Shown here: one piece after another, positions 25,684 through 39,699 of the stretch
Layout of the letters: each line of letters begins with the position of its first letter
Position numbering within the stretch: the stretch's first letter is position 1
Assembly: GCF_001194135.2 (NCBI RefSeq)
Contig: NC_068981.1
Span: 162,526,021 to 162,590,020, forward strand
Source of the DNA: Octopus bimaculoides
Lineage: Eukaryota
Reading direction: 5' to 3'
DNA: 64,000 nucleotides
The notes under the pieces: generated by a model
Told to the model about the DNA's origin: nothing
What the model saw: the letters and a program-made list of their open reading frames with translations, nothing else
Databases searched by the model: none
Made by a program: the position numbers and the translations under genes

Positions 25684-26488
25684 CAGTGCATTAAATCTGC
25701 AGCTTCCAGTATAACATTGTGCCCTTAAGTCATGAATGTCACTCTGCTTGCCAAAATAGAAAACCCTACTGAAAATTTTATATCTAAAATATATTGTGCT
25801 GCTTCTTTGCTTAATATGATATTAACTTCTAACACAGGCAGGCAAAAAGCCTCAAAGCTGAGAAGAAAAAAAGTATAATCAATTAAATTATTTAAATTTC
25901 ATCCCATCTCAACCCTGGTAGTTGACTGGTACTTATTTCAGTGTCCCCAAAAGAAAAACAGGTAAAGCTGTCTTCAACAGGACTTGAACTCAGAACATAA
26001 ATGATATTTTGTCTGACACTTGACCAATTTTTGTTAGTATCTAATATTAGTAATTTTTTTATTATAGTTGTGTAAAGACACATGACACAGTGATTTGAGT
26101 GTTGAGCTCACAATCATGAGGTAGTGAGTTTGATTCCTGGACCAGGCTGTGTGTTGTGTTCTTGAGCAAGACACTTTATTTCACATTCCTCCAGTTCACT
26201 CAACTGCTGTAGAAATGAGTTGCATTGTCACTGGTACAAGGCCTTTACTTTTCCCTTGAATAACATCGGTGGCATGGAGAAGGGAAACTGGTATGCATGG
26301 GTAACTGCTGATCTTCCATAAACAACTTTGCCCAGACTTGTGCCTCAGAGGGTAACTTTCTAGGTGCAATTCCATGGACATTCATGACCAAAGGGGATCT
26401 TTACTCTCTTTTTTATTATTATTATTATTATAGTTGTACTTGTTGTTGCTTTCAATAATTAAAATTGCATTATTACTGCAATCTCTTG

Positions 26489-26712
26489 GGGCAGCCAGCT
26501 GGCAGAATCATTGGCACACTAGACAAAATGCTTAGCAGTATTTCGTCCACCCATATGTTCTGAGTTCAAATTCCACTGAGGTTGACTTTGCCTTTCATTC
26601 TTTCAAGGTTGATAAAATAAATATCAGTTGAGAACCAGGGTTAATGTAATTGACTTAGCCCCTCCCGCAAACTTGCTGGCCTAAAGGCCATAATAGAAAG
26701 GATTATTATTAT
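26489..26712 (+). mobile_element. Family B SINE, alternative tail ending in (ATT)n
   Basis: 'gccagctggcagaatcattggcac..gagttcaaattcc..gcctttcattc'; ends 'tagaaaggattattatt'. Confidence 0.8.
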
Positions 26713-27726
26713 CATTATATGTTTGACTTTTGCTTTGTATTTGTACAAGTTGACTCCCAAGTCTCACCCAGAGACCTCAAGAGACAACAAGTTAGAAGTT
26801 CAAGTTAGTGTTATGGCTTTGCACAAAGTATTGTTCTAGAGAGTGTTTAAGAAAACATAAGAAAGTTGCAAGTTTGAGATTACATAGACGGTATTTTATG
26901 TAGGATATGAGCAGTTCCCATGAGCACTATTTTTTGAATTTCTGCCATTTTTAAATTTCCTGATATCTGAGCTAGGTAGCAATCAGCCCTATTATTATTA
27001 ATTTAAAAGGGTTGATGTAACTCCTCACAAAGGTAAATAGACAATATGAAAAGCACGATATGATTGCAATAGATATTTTATTGGTTTGAAGGATATTTTG
27101 ACAGCTTGCCTGTCTTTGTTAAGTTCAAAATGAAAAGTGATACATAGAAATTCAAAATTAGAAATTCAAAATTAGCAATTCAAAATTAGATTTTGAACAA
27201 GGGCAACCTGCATTCCTACATTGAAAGAATGACATCATCAGACTTCAATTTTCAATTTTATAATTGACAAAAAGAAAAAGAAAGATAAAGAGAAAAAAAA
27301 GAGAATAAAAAAGAAAAGAAAAAGAAGAAGAATATTTAATCAAACAGCTTTGTGTAAATATGATGAAATTCCCCTGTCATTTTGTTCATCCCTTCAGGGC
27401 GTGATGTTAATAACTTGCAAACATTTCTCCTCATGCATTTTGTGGACTGAAAGTGTATCAGAGTCAGAATATTTTCTGAGAATATGCACTTTCAAGTTTT
27501 TTTTTCAAAATCGCTCCAGCTGTAGTTCATTGACTAAAATAAGTAGAAAATGAAAGCTAAAAGATTACAGATAAAAGATTATTTCCTGAAAGAATTCCTA
27601 TTATTGTAGTGATAGTTTCTGTTTCCACTCCTTACATTTCAATTAACTTTATTTCTAGTTCTTTCAAGCTGAATATTTTCTTCAATTCTTTTGAGAGATA
27701 AATTATTATCTGTTAAAACTGATAAT

Positions 27727-28701
27727 NNNNNNNNNNNNNNNNNNNNNNNNNNNNNNNNNNNNNNNNNNNNNNNNNNNNNNNNNNNNNNNNNNNNNNNNNN
27801 NNNNNNNNNNNNNNNNNNNNNNNNNNNNNNNNNNNNNNNNNNNNNNNNNNNNNNNNNNNNNNNNNNNNNNNNNNNNNNNNNNNNNNNNNNNNNNNNNNNN
27901 NNNNNNNNNNNNNNNNNNNNNNNNNNNNNNNNNNNNNNNNNNNNNNNNNNNNNNNNNNNNNNNNNNNNNNNNNNNNNNNNNNNNNNNNNNNNNNNNNNNN
28001 NNNNNNNNNNNNNNNNNNNNNNNNNNNNNNNNNNNNNNNNNNNNNNNNNNNNNNNNNNNNNNNNNNNNNNNNNNNNNNNNNNNNNNNNNNNNNNNNNNNN
28101 NNNNNNNNNNNNNNNNNNNNNNNNNNNNNNNNNNNNNNNNNNNNNNNNNNNNNNNNNNNNNNNNNNNNNNNNNNNNNNNNNNNNNNNNNNNNNNNNNNNN
28201 NNNNNNNNNNNNNNNNNNNNNNNNNNNNNNNNNNNNNNNNNNNNNNNNNNNNNNNNNNNNNNNNNNNNNNNNNNNNNNNNNNNNNNNNNNNNNNNNNNNN
28301 NNNNNNNNNNNNNNNNNNNNNNNNNNNNNNNNNNNNNNNNNNNNNNNNNNNNNNNNNNNNNNNNNNNNNNNNNNNNNNNNNNNNNNNNNNNNNNNNNNNN
28401 NNNNNNNNNNNNNNNNNNNNNNNNNNNNNNNNNNNNNNNNNNNNNNNNNNNNNNNNNNNNNNNNNNNNNNNNNNNNNNNNNNNNNNNNNNNNNNNNNNNN
28501 NNNNNNNNNNNNNNNNNNNNNNNNNNNNNNNNNNNNNNNNNNNNNNNNNNNNNNNNNNNNNNNNNNNNNNNNNNNNNNNNNNNNNNNNNNNNNNNNNNNN
28601 NNNNNNNNNNNNNNNNNNNNNNNNNNNNNNNNNNNNNNNNNNNNNNNNNNNNNNNNNNNNNNNNNNNNNNNNNNNNNNNNNNNNNNNNNNNNNNNNNNNN
28701 N
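27727..28701. other. Assembly gap (largest of 13 N runs)
   Basis: N run; other large gaps at 21449-21557, 34198-34518, 44239-44499, 54495-54663, 59581-59745. Confidence 1.
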
Positions 28702-28860
28702 ATATGCATATATACGACGGGCTTCTTTCAGTTTCCGTCTACCAAATCCACTCACAAGGCTTTGGTCGGCCTGAGGCTATAGTAGAAAACACTTGCTGAA
28801 GGTGCCACGCAGTGGGACTGAACCCAGAACCATGTGGTTCGTAAGCAAGCTACTTACCAC
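28702..28860 (-). mobile_element. Family A SINE head, young
   Basis: 'cgacgggcttctttcagtttccgtctacc..aagctacttaccac'. Confidence 0.88.
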
Positions 28861-30304
28861 GCTGGAATAATTTCCAGTATGTGAAAACCCTCTGCAGCTC
28901 TGCCATGTTCTTAGGTGTATTCTCTTGTGGTTAAAACTAGACCACCAGAGACAATGTACTTAACTGTTTCCACCCAACCTCCACGTACTCTATTTTGTTG
29001 ATTTGTGATAGAAAGGCACTGATTTTGTTCTGAAATAAAAAATCGTTTAGTCACAGTTTTAAGTCCTGTATTGTTCAGCAACTCATGTAATTTTTCTTTG
29101 TCAATCTTCACCCTGTTCAGTTTTTATCCTATTTATCTGTTATATATATTTTTTTTTATGTATTTGTTATATAATCATACAAGAGCCAATGGTTTTTCTT
29201 GCTATTGGTTTAATATGGCATTCCATAGCTTCATTTTCAGCTCAGATTTTAGTTTTCTACAATTCCTGTTGTTGTTCCCCCTTTTCCATCACAACTGTTT
29301 GTTGTTGTTGTTGCTGTTGTTGTTGTAACAGAAATAGCTTACACCAACAACTGAAAGAAACCAATTTTCAAAAAAACCTCTCCAGCCATGATAGTTTAAC
29401 AGTATTAAAAATAGATGACAGGCATTAAGAATAAAAAATAAAAATAAAAATAAACAAGCATTCAAAAAAAAAATGCAAAAAGCATACTCAATAGGCCTTC
29501 CCTTTTTTTTATGACCAATTTGGCATACAAAGATGCAGTTAATGGTTAAACAATGTCACTCTTGCAGAGAGAAATTCTGTCACGGTTATTAGAATCTTAA
29601 TAAAAGATATCCTGTCAAGAAACGTTCTGGCTTCAAAATATTGCTTCTTTGACTTGGTTTTGTATGCTTATATGATCGTTATCCTGCTGTGTTATATAGT
29701 TCAAACTAATTAATTTCCCAGCAGATAGTAACGTTGTCGTCTCTAGAATATTGCTGGTAATTAACTGCTCTCTGTTATTTCATTGAATTCATAAAAAGGC
29801 CTCATACACCTGAGATCAAACAAAATCCTTCATGCTAATGGAGAAACCTCTATGAGGTATCTCAAACTGTCAGAAGCAATGGCCTTGACTCTCTCAAATA
29901 ACATTACACCATTTTAAATAACAGGACACAATAAATTATGCAATCTGGGGCGCACAGTGATTAAAAAAAACGCATGGAGTTGGTCATTTCTGGAATGTCT
30001 TTGATCATAGGTCTTCTTGCCTGGTTGAGGCTAACCTGGGTCTGAACAACAACAAACGAAGTAATCATACAAATGAACATTAGATTAATTTTTTTTTTTT
30101 TTTTTTTNNNNNNNNNNGACAGCCAGAGGAAGGAAGAATTGCCTCTGACCATTTTCTGGGCCTCCAAGATTGATAGGAAGAATGGAGTAAGTTGGCTGCA
30201 AAACAGGGATCTGCCCAAAAACTTGCAAAAGCGCAAACTCCACCAAGAGCACCAAAGAGCCTAATAAGAGTACTAAACTCTATATCAACAATAGCACTAA
30301 TCTA

Positions 30305-30652
30305 CAAGGTGCATTCCAAAAGGTTTTAGACTTTTTCAGGAGGGACATTTATCAATTTCAAAGAAATACAAAACTCTAATCTCCTTCAAAGTAGGATTCT
30401 CTGACTTCACTGTACTTCCTGTAGCACTCTACCCACTTCGTGAAGGTCTCCATGGAAGTCCTCCAAACTGAAAGTATTCAGGCACCTTGTCACATCTTCC
30501 ACATCTTTTTGTTTCAGCTTGGGAAACAACAAAAAGTAATAGAGAGAAAGATCTGGACTGTAGGGATGATTAGAGAGAGTTTTGCTGCCTATCTCTGCCA
30601 AGTAGTTGGTCACTAGGATGGAACTGTGGACTGGGACATTATCTTGGTGCAG
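30305..30652 (-). mobile_element. mariner transposase 3' fragment with TIR
   Basis: LHQDNVPVH..HPYSPDLSLYYFLLFPKLK; TA followed by TIR 'caaggtgcattccaaaagg' at 30303. Confidence 0.85.
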
Positions 30653-30782
30653 GTATCAGGTCTATTTTGCTAAACCACTAAGTTACAGGGACATAAACAT
30701 ACCAATACCAGTTGTCAAGCAAACACAGACACAGAGACACACACACATTGATATATATATACATGTATATAAATAAAAAGAG

Positions 30783-30823
<41 letters not shown>

Positions 30824-31692
30824 TGAGGTGGTACCCAAAAGTAACCAGAAACGTTCTCTGTGGGACAAGCCCGTTGTAGTTCAGGTTTCTGTCACTAGCA
30901 GCTACTTGATGCAACCCTCAGGCATCAGAATACTGACTGGCAGCGACAGGTGTAATCCTACTGCCATGCAGTGCGTCTTTGTTTTGCAGAGCTTCTCCCC
31001 TGTTTGTCGAGTTTTGCGATGGCTAAAATGAAAGAAGTGCATGCTTCCATGAAATTCTGTTGTAATGCTTCAAACAGCTTACAAGGACGCTGCCATGAGC
31101 AAAACAAGTTTACAAGTGGTTTTCATGCTTTAGGAATGGTTACTTGTCGCTTGAAGACCAATATCGTTCAGGGCAACCATTGACCTCCCAAACGAATAAA
31201 AACATCATGAAAATTCATGAACTGATCTTGGAGAACCACCACCGAACAATTGACGAACTTGTTGATATAATTCATGTGTCCTGGAGCTCCTGCCAACGAA
31301 TTTTGAGTGAGGAATTGTGAACGAAAAGAGTTACAACAAAATTTGTGCCCGCTTGCTCACGGAAGATCAAAAGCAGTCACGGCTGAATGCGTGTCGTGAA
31401 CTGAAAAGAATAGTTGGAAGTTGATCCAGATCTTTTTTGAAGGTCATCACTGGTGATGAAAGCTGGTGCTACAGTATTTGCAGATGTGGAAGAGGTGAAG
31501 AAAAAACTGATGGAAGCGTTAAAAGCATCACTTCGCAAAAGTTCCAGCACTGCTTCGAACAGTGGAAAACATGTCTGGACAATGAATTGCTTCAAATGGA
31601 GAATACTTTGAAGGCAATAAAAGTGTAAACATGTAAAACTAAGTAAATAAAATAACATTGCAAAATACCGGTTTATTTTGAGTACTCCCTCG
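30824..31692 (+). mobile_element. Internally deleted mariner element, both TIRs and TA TSD present
   Basis: TA-tgaggtggtacccaaaagtaaccag ... ccggtttattttgagtactccctcg-TA; transposase remnants KFVP.LLTEDQK and KVITGDESWCY, then a jump to FADVEEVKKK..WK..NGEYFEG. Confidence 0.92.
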
Positions 31693-33155
31693 TACATACA
31701 TACATACATACATACATACACGACTGGTTTCTTTCAGTTTCCATCTACAAATCCACTCACAAATCTTTGGTTGGCCTGAGATTATAATTGAAAACACTTG
31801 CCCAAGGTACCATGCAGTAGGACTGAACCTGGAACCATGTGGCTGGGAAGCAAACTTCTTACCACACAGCCATGTTTGCACCTATGCCATGCCTGAAATT
31901 GCTCTGTTTTATTTTTAGATTTAATATATCTAAACTCACAATATCCAATGTGCCCTTTCATTTTTCATATGATCAAAGTGTAATCTGATGGAAATTTGGC
32001 TGCCTTGTCTAGCAGATCAAGCTTCCTTATTTGCCTAAGTATACAATAGTAAAATAGCCAAGTATATTTCTGAAACAGCTGTATGATTAACATACCATAC
32101 TTTTGGCTCCGGAAATTATGGTTTCGAATCCAGTGCACACATGTCTTTGTGCTTTTATGAAGGATATCAAATTCTATATTATTGTATTCCATGAATCAGA
32201 GAGGAATAACTAACAGACACTTCTAGAAAGGGTTATTTAGGATAGTCTTTTATCTTTTACAGAGAAAGATTCACCACTTATTTACTTACCACAACAGAAA
32301 CCAAGGCTGAGCCTTGTGAATATTTTGTGATATTATCTTTTTTTTTTTTTTTTGAGAATCGCCTTATTTTTTCCCCCATTACAGTTTTAAAGCTTTCTTC
32401 CTTGCATCCATGAAAAGCTCTATAGATTTTTCTCATCTCTTAAATTTAATTAAACAAAGATGCAATAAAGATTCTAACATTAATAATTTTTTCATAAAGA
32501 AATCAATTAAGACTGATTTGTGTCAGTCTGCACAAGAACAATGGAAGTTTGCCCTACTATGCATCAATGTCTAGACTGATGTTATGGATAAAATGATGGG
32601 GATATTTATTCAATGAAGTGAAGAGAAAAAAGTCAACTCAATATACATGTCTCTGTTTGAAATTAACACTGGGAGATTTTCTACTTAATTAATTTCACCA
32701 AAGAAATGATACTACCGGAGAATATGATTAGCAAATTTCCCTGTACTATCATATAATTAATATGACTTACTAATGTTTTCTAAGATGTCTACAGATGAAA
32801 ATCATTTATCTCTTCATCTGTATACTTTTCAGATATATTAGGAATATTCATCAGCTTAATACAAGCTTCCATAATGAACAGCAAAGTGATAAGATTACCC
32901 AATGGTTGCTCTATCTATATTTGCAGCCAAATTTCACTCAAATGACATTATAGTATTTTCTTTTTTTTAAAAAAAGGACATGCTACATAATGCAGTCCCA
33001 GATGCATTATCTGGAAAGATAAAGATTGGATGATTATGGTTGGAATGTCTTTGTTCATCAACCTGTTTGATCAGGGCTGATCTAGGGTTTGACTTCTGTT
33101 ATAATTCCACTCATATTTAGAATGCCATGTTGGAATATTAAATCAACCCCATTTA

Positions 33156-33381
33156 CTAACCCTCTTGTTACCATATTTCTGCTGAAATTCGCTGCCTTCA
33201 TTGTAATTACTTTTGAAAATAACAAAGAATTCAGTAAAATATTTTTATCATTGTTAAGCTGGTGTCTGGAACATAACGTGACATTTTTGTGGATAAGGCT
33301 TTAATTCAAATCACTTTAAACAGGAAGTTTGCCTCATAAAACCAGGAACAGTTTCAGACAGATTGGTATCAAAAGAATTAA
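33156..33381. mobile_element. piggyBac-type MITE (family P2)
   Basis: ctaaccctcttgttacc ... ggtatcaaaagaattaa; related copies at 37489-37610, 37834-38064 (ttaacccttttgatacc/ggtaacaaaagggttaa) and 38072-38172. Confidence 0.75.
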
Positions 33382-33829
33382 GCTGGTACTTTCTTTTATT
33401 GCATACTGGATAGATGAAAGGCAAGATAGATCTTTACATTCTGAACTCAGAATGTAAAGATCCATAACTAAAAATCACAGACATGTCCAATATTCTACCA
33501 ATGAAGAAATTATAAGAAATGGGTAAATTCTAGACTTAAATGACTTACAGAATGTTCATGCAATTTCCAAAATTCTATGTTCTGATTTTATAAATCCTGA
33601 AAAGGTCAACATTAATCTTTAACCAAGATAATCCATACTACTAGTTTGACAAAATGGTTCTGATAAAATGTAGGGTTACTTTTACTTATTTAGTCCCTTT
33701 GCTCTCTATGGAGAATTGGCCAACAAAGGCGTTTCTCCCCTGTTCTCTTTTCCCTAGGGGAAGGCCTTCTTCTCCCAGGTCTTGCTGGTTTTTGCATTGT
33801 TATTGATAAACTGTCACTTTGGTTTTGTT

Positions 33830-34012
33830 TTGTTTTTTCTAAGCAGGGGTATTGGCCTTACACAAACTCATTTTTACCACTGGGAAGAGGTGGTCCATAT
33901 TAGTCTGGCCTCTATCCTTTGACTTGTTCAGCATCATAGGCCCTGCCAGAAGCTTGTGCTCTGCTGACATAACTCTTAGGGTCATTAGAGCATACAAGCC
34001 ACCACAACAAAG
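33830..34012 (-). mobile_element. Decayed RTE 5'UTR
   Basis: Minus strand 'ttgttgtggtggcttgtatgctctaatgaccctaagagttatg..agggcc..ggccagac..tggacc..ggccaatacccct', similar to RTE/BovB-type 5' ends as I recall them. Confidence 0.55.
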
Positions 34013-34960
34013 ACTGGACTTTGTGTTGGAATATTCAGAGTACTGTTCCTTAAACTCCAACCTCTACTCTAAATAAATAATATTTGCTTTGTCTGATAAA
34101 GAAACAAGTATTCGTAGTCTCTTACTTCCAATAGGCATGGCTGCATGGTTAAGAAGTCCACTTTGGTGGTGGCGGTGGCAGCGGAGGCGGCGGTGACNNN
34201 NNNNNNNNNNNNNNNNNNNNNNNNNNNNNNNNNNNNNNNNNNNNNNNNNNNNNNNNNNNNNNNNNNNNNNNNNNNNNNNNNNNNNNNNNNNNNNNNNNNN
34301 NNNNNNNNNNNNNNNNNNNNNNNNNNNNNNNNNNNNNNNNNNNNNNNNNNNNNNNNNNNNNNNNNNNNNNNNNNNNNNNNNNNNNNNNNNNNNNNNNNNN
34401 NNNNNNNNNNNNNNNNNNNNNNNNNNNNNNNNNNNNNNNNNNNNNNNNNNNNNNNNNNNNNNNNNNNNNNNNNNNNNNNNNNNNNNNNNNNNNNNNNNNN
34501 NNNNNNNNNNNNNNNNNNACAGTCATAGGAAATGCATATATGGATGCACATACATACACATACAGCTTAGATAGATGAATACACATACACAGATTTCATA
34601 CTGTTTTGTTTTGTTTTTCTTTTATCCATTGGGTGTGGAGGAAGGAGTAGTACCCATAGTTTTGTAGGCCTTTCTACATTTCTAGTTTGGGTGTATAAAT
34701 ACACATGTACAGTAATAGGAAATGGATATAATGATGCACATATAACTTGGGTACATATACAGAATTCAGTGTTTTATTTTGTTTTTTTACACTTGCTGTG
34801 CATGCAGTCTCTCCAAAACCAGTGACGTTAATACCAGTAATATTCCATCAAATATTAACAAGTAAACACCTGTAGAAAAGGTGTAAAAGGTGTAAAAGGT
34901 GTAAGCAGGAAGGGGATTGCAAAAAAGACGATGTTTGAGAAAGAAAGGATTAAACATAGG

Positions 34961-35248
34961 AGTGCCAGTGCCGCTGGACTGGTTCTTGTGCAGGTGGCAT
35001 GTAAAATACACCATTTTGAGCATGGCCGTTGCCAGTACCACCTGACTGGCCTTCGTGCCGGTGGCACATAAAAGCACCCACTACACTCTCGGAGTAGTTG
35101 GCATTAGGAAGGGCATCCAGCTGTAGAAACTCTGCCAAATCAGATTGGAGCCTGGTGTAGCCATCTGGTTCACCAGTCCTCAGTCAAATCGTCCAACCCA
35201 TGCTAGCACAGAAAGCGGACGTTAAACGATGATGATGATGATGATGAT
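34961..35248 (+). mobile_element. 5'-truncated RTE 3'UTR with (GAT)n tail
   Basis: Same modules and terminus as 7475-8005 and 44500-44767. Confidence 0.88.
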
Positions 35249-35939
35249 TAGTGCAAGATCTTGAGGCATTTGAGACTAAAAGGTTGGTTAGAAGAGAAGA
35301 GATGAACGGGACAGGAATGAATGAGTGAAGAGTGATAAGAGCTCAGCCAACTCCAAGAAATAAAAGCTATTATAGCTGTAGTAGAAAAGAAAAAGAGAGA
35401 GGAGAGAGTACATTCATGGGCCAGAGGCTGGAGAATGTCTGTGAGTGATTTTTTTGCTAGTCAGGTTGGTGGCCCTTTTCTAAATGTCATGTGGGATGTC
35501 CGTGCTTGCAGCATCATTTAATATGGTGGGGCAATAAATACTCCCTTGGAGGCTTCATTTGAACCTTATAGAGTACCAGTAATTGTTGTGGGCTGAAGGA
35601 TCTTCTGATGTAAAGAAAAGAACCATTTGCTGGGATGCAGTCAGAACTATGTTAAGGATGTGTGTGTGTGTTTGTGCGTGTGTATAGAAAGTGCATGGTT
35701 TAGTTGTTAAGGTAATTAGGGTAATGAGTTTAATTTCTGGGGGCACATTGTGTCCTTGAGCAAAACACTTATAGGCAAAAATGAGTTGTACCTATAATTC
35801 ACAGGGTTGGCCTTGTCACATTCATTCAGGGTGCACATGTCTCGAGTGCTCAGCTACTTGCATGTTAACTTCATAAGCAGGTTGTTCTGTTGATCGGATC
35901 AACTGGAACCCTCATCGTCATAACTGATGGAGTGCCATT

Positions 35940-35975
<36 letters not shown>

Positions 35976-36160
35976 CATGATGTATGTTCACACACACACA
36001 AGCAACCAGTTTCTGCAGAGTTTTCGTCTCCCTAATTCCACTCACAACAATTGCAGAAGACATTTACTGAAAGAGCATTGCAGTAGAATTTCATCAGGAA
36101 ATGCGTAAGTGCAGAGCAAACTCATAATTACACACCCATATCCCTATACTTATATTTATA

Positions 36161-36219
<59 letters not shown>

Positions 36220-36231
36220 NNNNNNNNNNNN

Positions 36232-36264
<33 letters not shown>

Positions 36265-36397
36265 GTATATATATGTATACATGCATCTATGCATATATAT
36301 TTATATATACATATATATATATATGCACATATATAAACATATATATACATATATACATACACACACTAACACACACATATATGTACATATATATATA

Positions 36398-36452
<55 letters not shown>

Positions 36453-36933
36453 TCATTTAGTCACTAAATAAATAAAATTATGAGAACCATAGAACTTGAT
36501 AAAAAGAATTCCAATACCAGCTTATAGGAAGACCTTGGTAATCCAATATCTACTTTCCAGATATTGGATTACTGGTTAGAATCCAATATGTGGTATACAG
36601 TAGTTAACAAAATTTATTACAATAATTAAAATACATTTTTTCAATTGTTATTCTCTGGCTGCCTTCATTAAATACTGAACCTTAAATAAAGAGAATATAA
36701 TTAAGGTGAAAAAAGTAATTATATACTTCAGCAGAATTAAATTTCCATAATTGAGTAAGAACTATAGTGGAAACTTTGGAAAACCAGAAGAGCAACACAT
36801 CTGGTACTTAATCCATATGCTAACGTTGACTTAATATAATTGACATTACTAGAAGATAAATTTAAACAGATAATTGTATATAGCTTCGTGGTGGCCTAAT
36901 GGAAAAGAACATCATCAGTTTAAATTAAGCTAA

Positions 36934-36983
<50 letters not shown>

Positions 36984-38660
36984 ATATGCACATAAGTGAG
37001 AAAGCCATGAAAAAAAATACATGCTTTTCAAATAGAAATAACCTGAATGGTATTTGTTCTGTCCAAGTTGTACAGATAATCTTTTGTGGCTGTCACTATT
37101 AGAAATGCAGTGACATAGTGATTGGTCTATTGAAAACCTATATTTAACAACACCAATTCTTCATAAAATGCCAGATACAAAATTAAATACACATATTATG
37201 AAGTAGGGAAATGTGCCAAACAACAAACTTTCCCTAGCATGAAGATATTGATTTCTGCTGACTACAAGAGTGCCATCCACTCCCAAACAGGCCTGGGCTT
37301 CTGGACAAAGAAGCTACTTGAAGTGAAACTGGAAGTGATAGATAATTAGGAAAGACTTTTGACAGTGTACAATCGTTGGAGTGATGAGAACAGATAACTG
37401 CCGCTTGAACCTGTTGGCACAATTCTGAGTGTTTCATGCTCTGCAAAACACAGAACGTTGTAAATCAAAGGAAATCTTATTAGTTCTTTTAACCCTTTCG
37501 CTACCAACCTGCTTGAGATCACCCCTGGTCCTGTAATAGAAACTTTCTGTTTTAAAGTGATCTAAATTAAAACCTTCCGTCAAAATTTCATGTTAATTTG
37601 TTCCAAATAAAAAGGTTTTAAAGGTTCAAATTCTGGCACTAGGCCAGCAATTTAGGGGCAGGGTATAAGTCAATTACATTGACCACAGCGTTCAACTGGT
37701 GCTCATTTTATCGACCTCAAAGGATTAAATGCAAAGTTGACCTCAACAGAATTTGAACTTAGAATATATAGATGGGCAAAATGCCATCCTAGCATTTAGC
37801 TCAGTGTGTTAATGATTCTGGCAATTCACTACCTTAACCCTTTTGATACCAATCCAGATCAAACTGCCTCTGGCTCTGTAGTACAAATGTCTTGTTTTCA
37901 TAAGTTTTGAATTAAGATCTTCCCCAAACCTTAGTCACAATTTATGTTTCTAACACTAGCTTAATGATAACCCTAAGTTATTTTACTAAATTCTTTGTTA
38001 TATTTAAAATCAATTGAAAGAAATATAGAGCATCTCAAATTAAATATGGTAACAAAAGGGTTAAATGCCAAGGAAATAATGCCAGTTATTTTACTAAATT
38101 CTCTATTATTTTCAAAATTAATTGAAATAATGGCAGCGTATTTGAAGAGAAACATGGTAACAAAAAGGTTAATTCTGCTTGGCTTCCTCCTCTCAGACAC
38201 TAGCAACCCTTTTGTCTTTCCACCTCTTATCTCTCTTGTTGTATCCAACACATCCCAAAGCCCTACACCAAGCCCTGTTCTTCCTCCCCAGATCATCAGC
38301 CCTCTCGAATTTTCTCCCCACCCATGTTTCTATTGTAAGTGTTAACCTCAACAGTTTAAACAGAACATTAACAACATCGAGCTCTCATGTCTGGAAAGGC
38401 CTGTAAGATCATGGGCAATACTTCTTTCCCCACACTCCACAAGCAGGTAAAAAAATATACGTACAAATTCAGGTGTAGCTGTCTGATTGAGAGGCTCACT
38501 TTGAAATTGCACAATTTCAGTCAGGTTCAGTCCTACTCTGCTGCATCTTGAGCTTATGAGTGGCTTATGAGTGAATTTGATAGATGGAAGTTGTACAGAA
38601 GCCTATCATTCATATACATGTATATATATATTTATATATTTGTGTGTGTATGTATGTATA

Positions 38661-38830
38661 TATTGGGTCATCCCATAAATAATGCAGTGTTTTCAATTGC
38701 ATGAACTAAAAGTTGGAGGGGTCAGGATAAACTACATGCACCAACTTGCTATAAAAGCAGGTAGTAATTTTACCTAGTACTTATTCTTAGTATATGTTTT
38801 GAAGAGTACAGTTCGATTTTTACAGTTTTT
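38661..38830 (+). mobile_element. mariner left end
   Basis: TA-ttgggtcatcccataaataatgc, complementary in type to the right TIR at 21145-21171. Confidence 0.7.
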
Positions 38831-39699
38831 TTTTTTTTCAAAGCTATAATGGATGTATATGAATACATCTAAAGCAAAATTATTTTTCAAGAGCCCTTAA
38901 AATACTATTTTGTTATGTGGATCCCTAAAAATCTTATATAGACCCTTAGGAGCCATATGGGTCCCAGTTGAAAAACACTGACTTAACCCTTTAGCATTTA
39001 AACCAGCCACATCCAGCCAAAATATTCTGTTTTATTATCAATCTGGCCAGATCTGGCCTCTCACATCAACCCTACAACATCATTCTAAAAATTGACAGTT
39101 ACCTCTTCAAAATCTCAAAGCTACAAGATAATGCATGAGTTATTCAAAACAATGAGAATAAAAAAGCAATACTTCTGACAAAATAATGTGAATGTTAAAG
39201 GGTTAAATTATTTTCTTCAGAGTCAACCGCAAATACAAAAATAGGAAAAAATTGTTTTCTGCCTAAGAGTTATAATTGCAGTTAAAGGAAAGTCTCCATG
39301 GAATTGATTCACAATAATAAATATAACACAAATTAATCAAAGACCTAGTTTTTGATGGTGTAAAATTCCTGATAATATTGTTTTTTTTTTATTTTATCAA
39401 AGATTTGTTTTCCAAAAAAATCTTAAAATTCTTGATTCTTTATCAGATTTCAAAACTCACACAAAAAGAAAAGAAAGGAATGATAAATCATCTCACTAAA
39501 TGCCTAACAGTATATAGTTTCATACTTTGGTATTCTGTATTCAAATGTTGCACAATTCAGATTTGCCTTGAATTCTTCCAGCTTGATACTGGCAATGAAC
39601 TCAAGTAAAACCCACTAAATGGCCATATGATTGAAAACTTTGTCTTGTAATCATTGGTTTTTGGTTCAGTTCCATGGCATGGAACAAACATGCAGAGTG

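Noticed and set aside
27639-28782. ORFs of about 350 aa, the longest in the track
   Set aside because: Almost entirely N-gap; the same applies to 34069-34586, 44156-44690 and 54392-54739.
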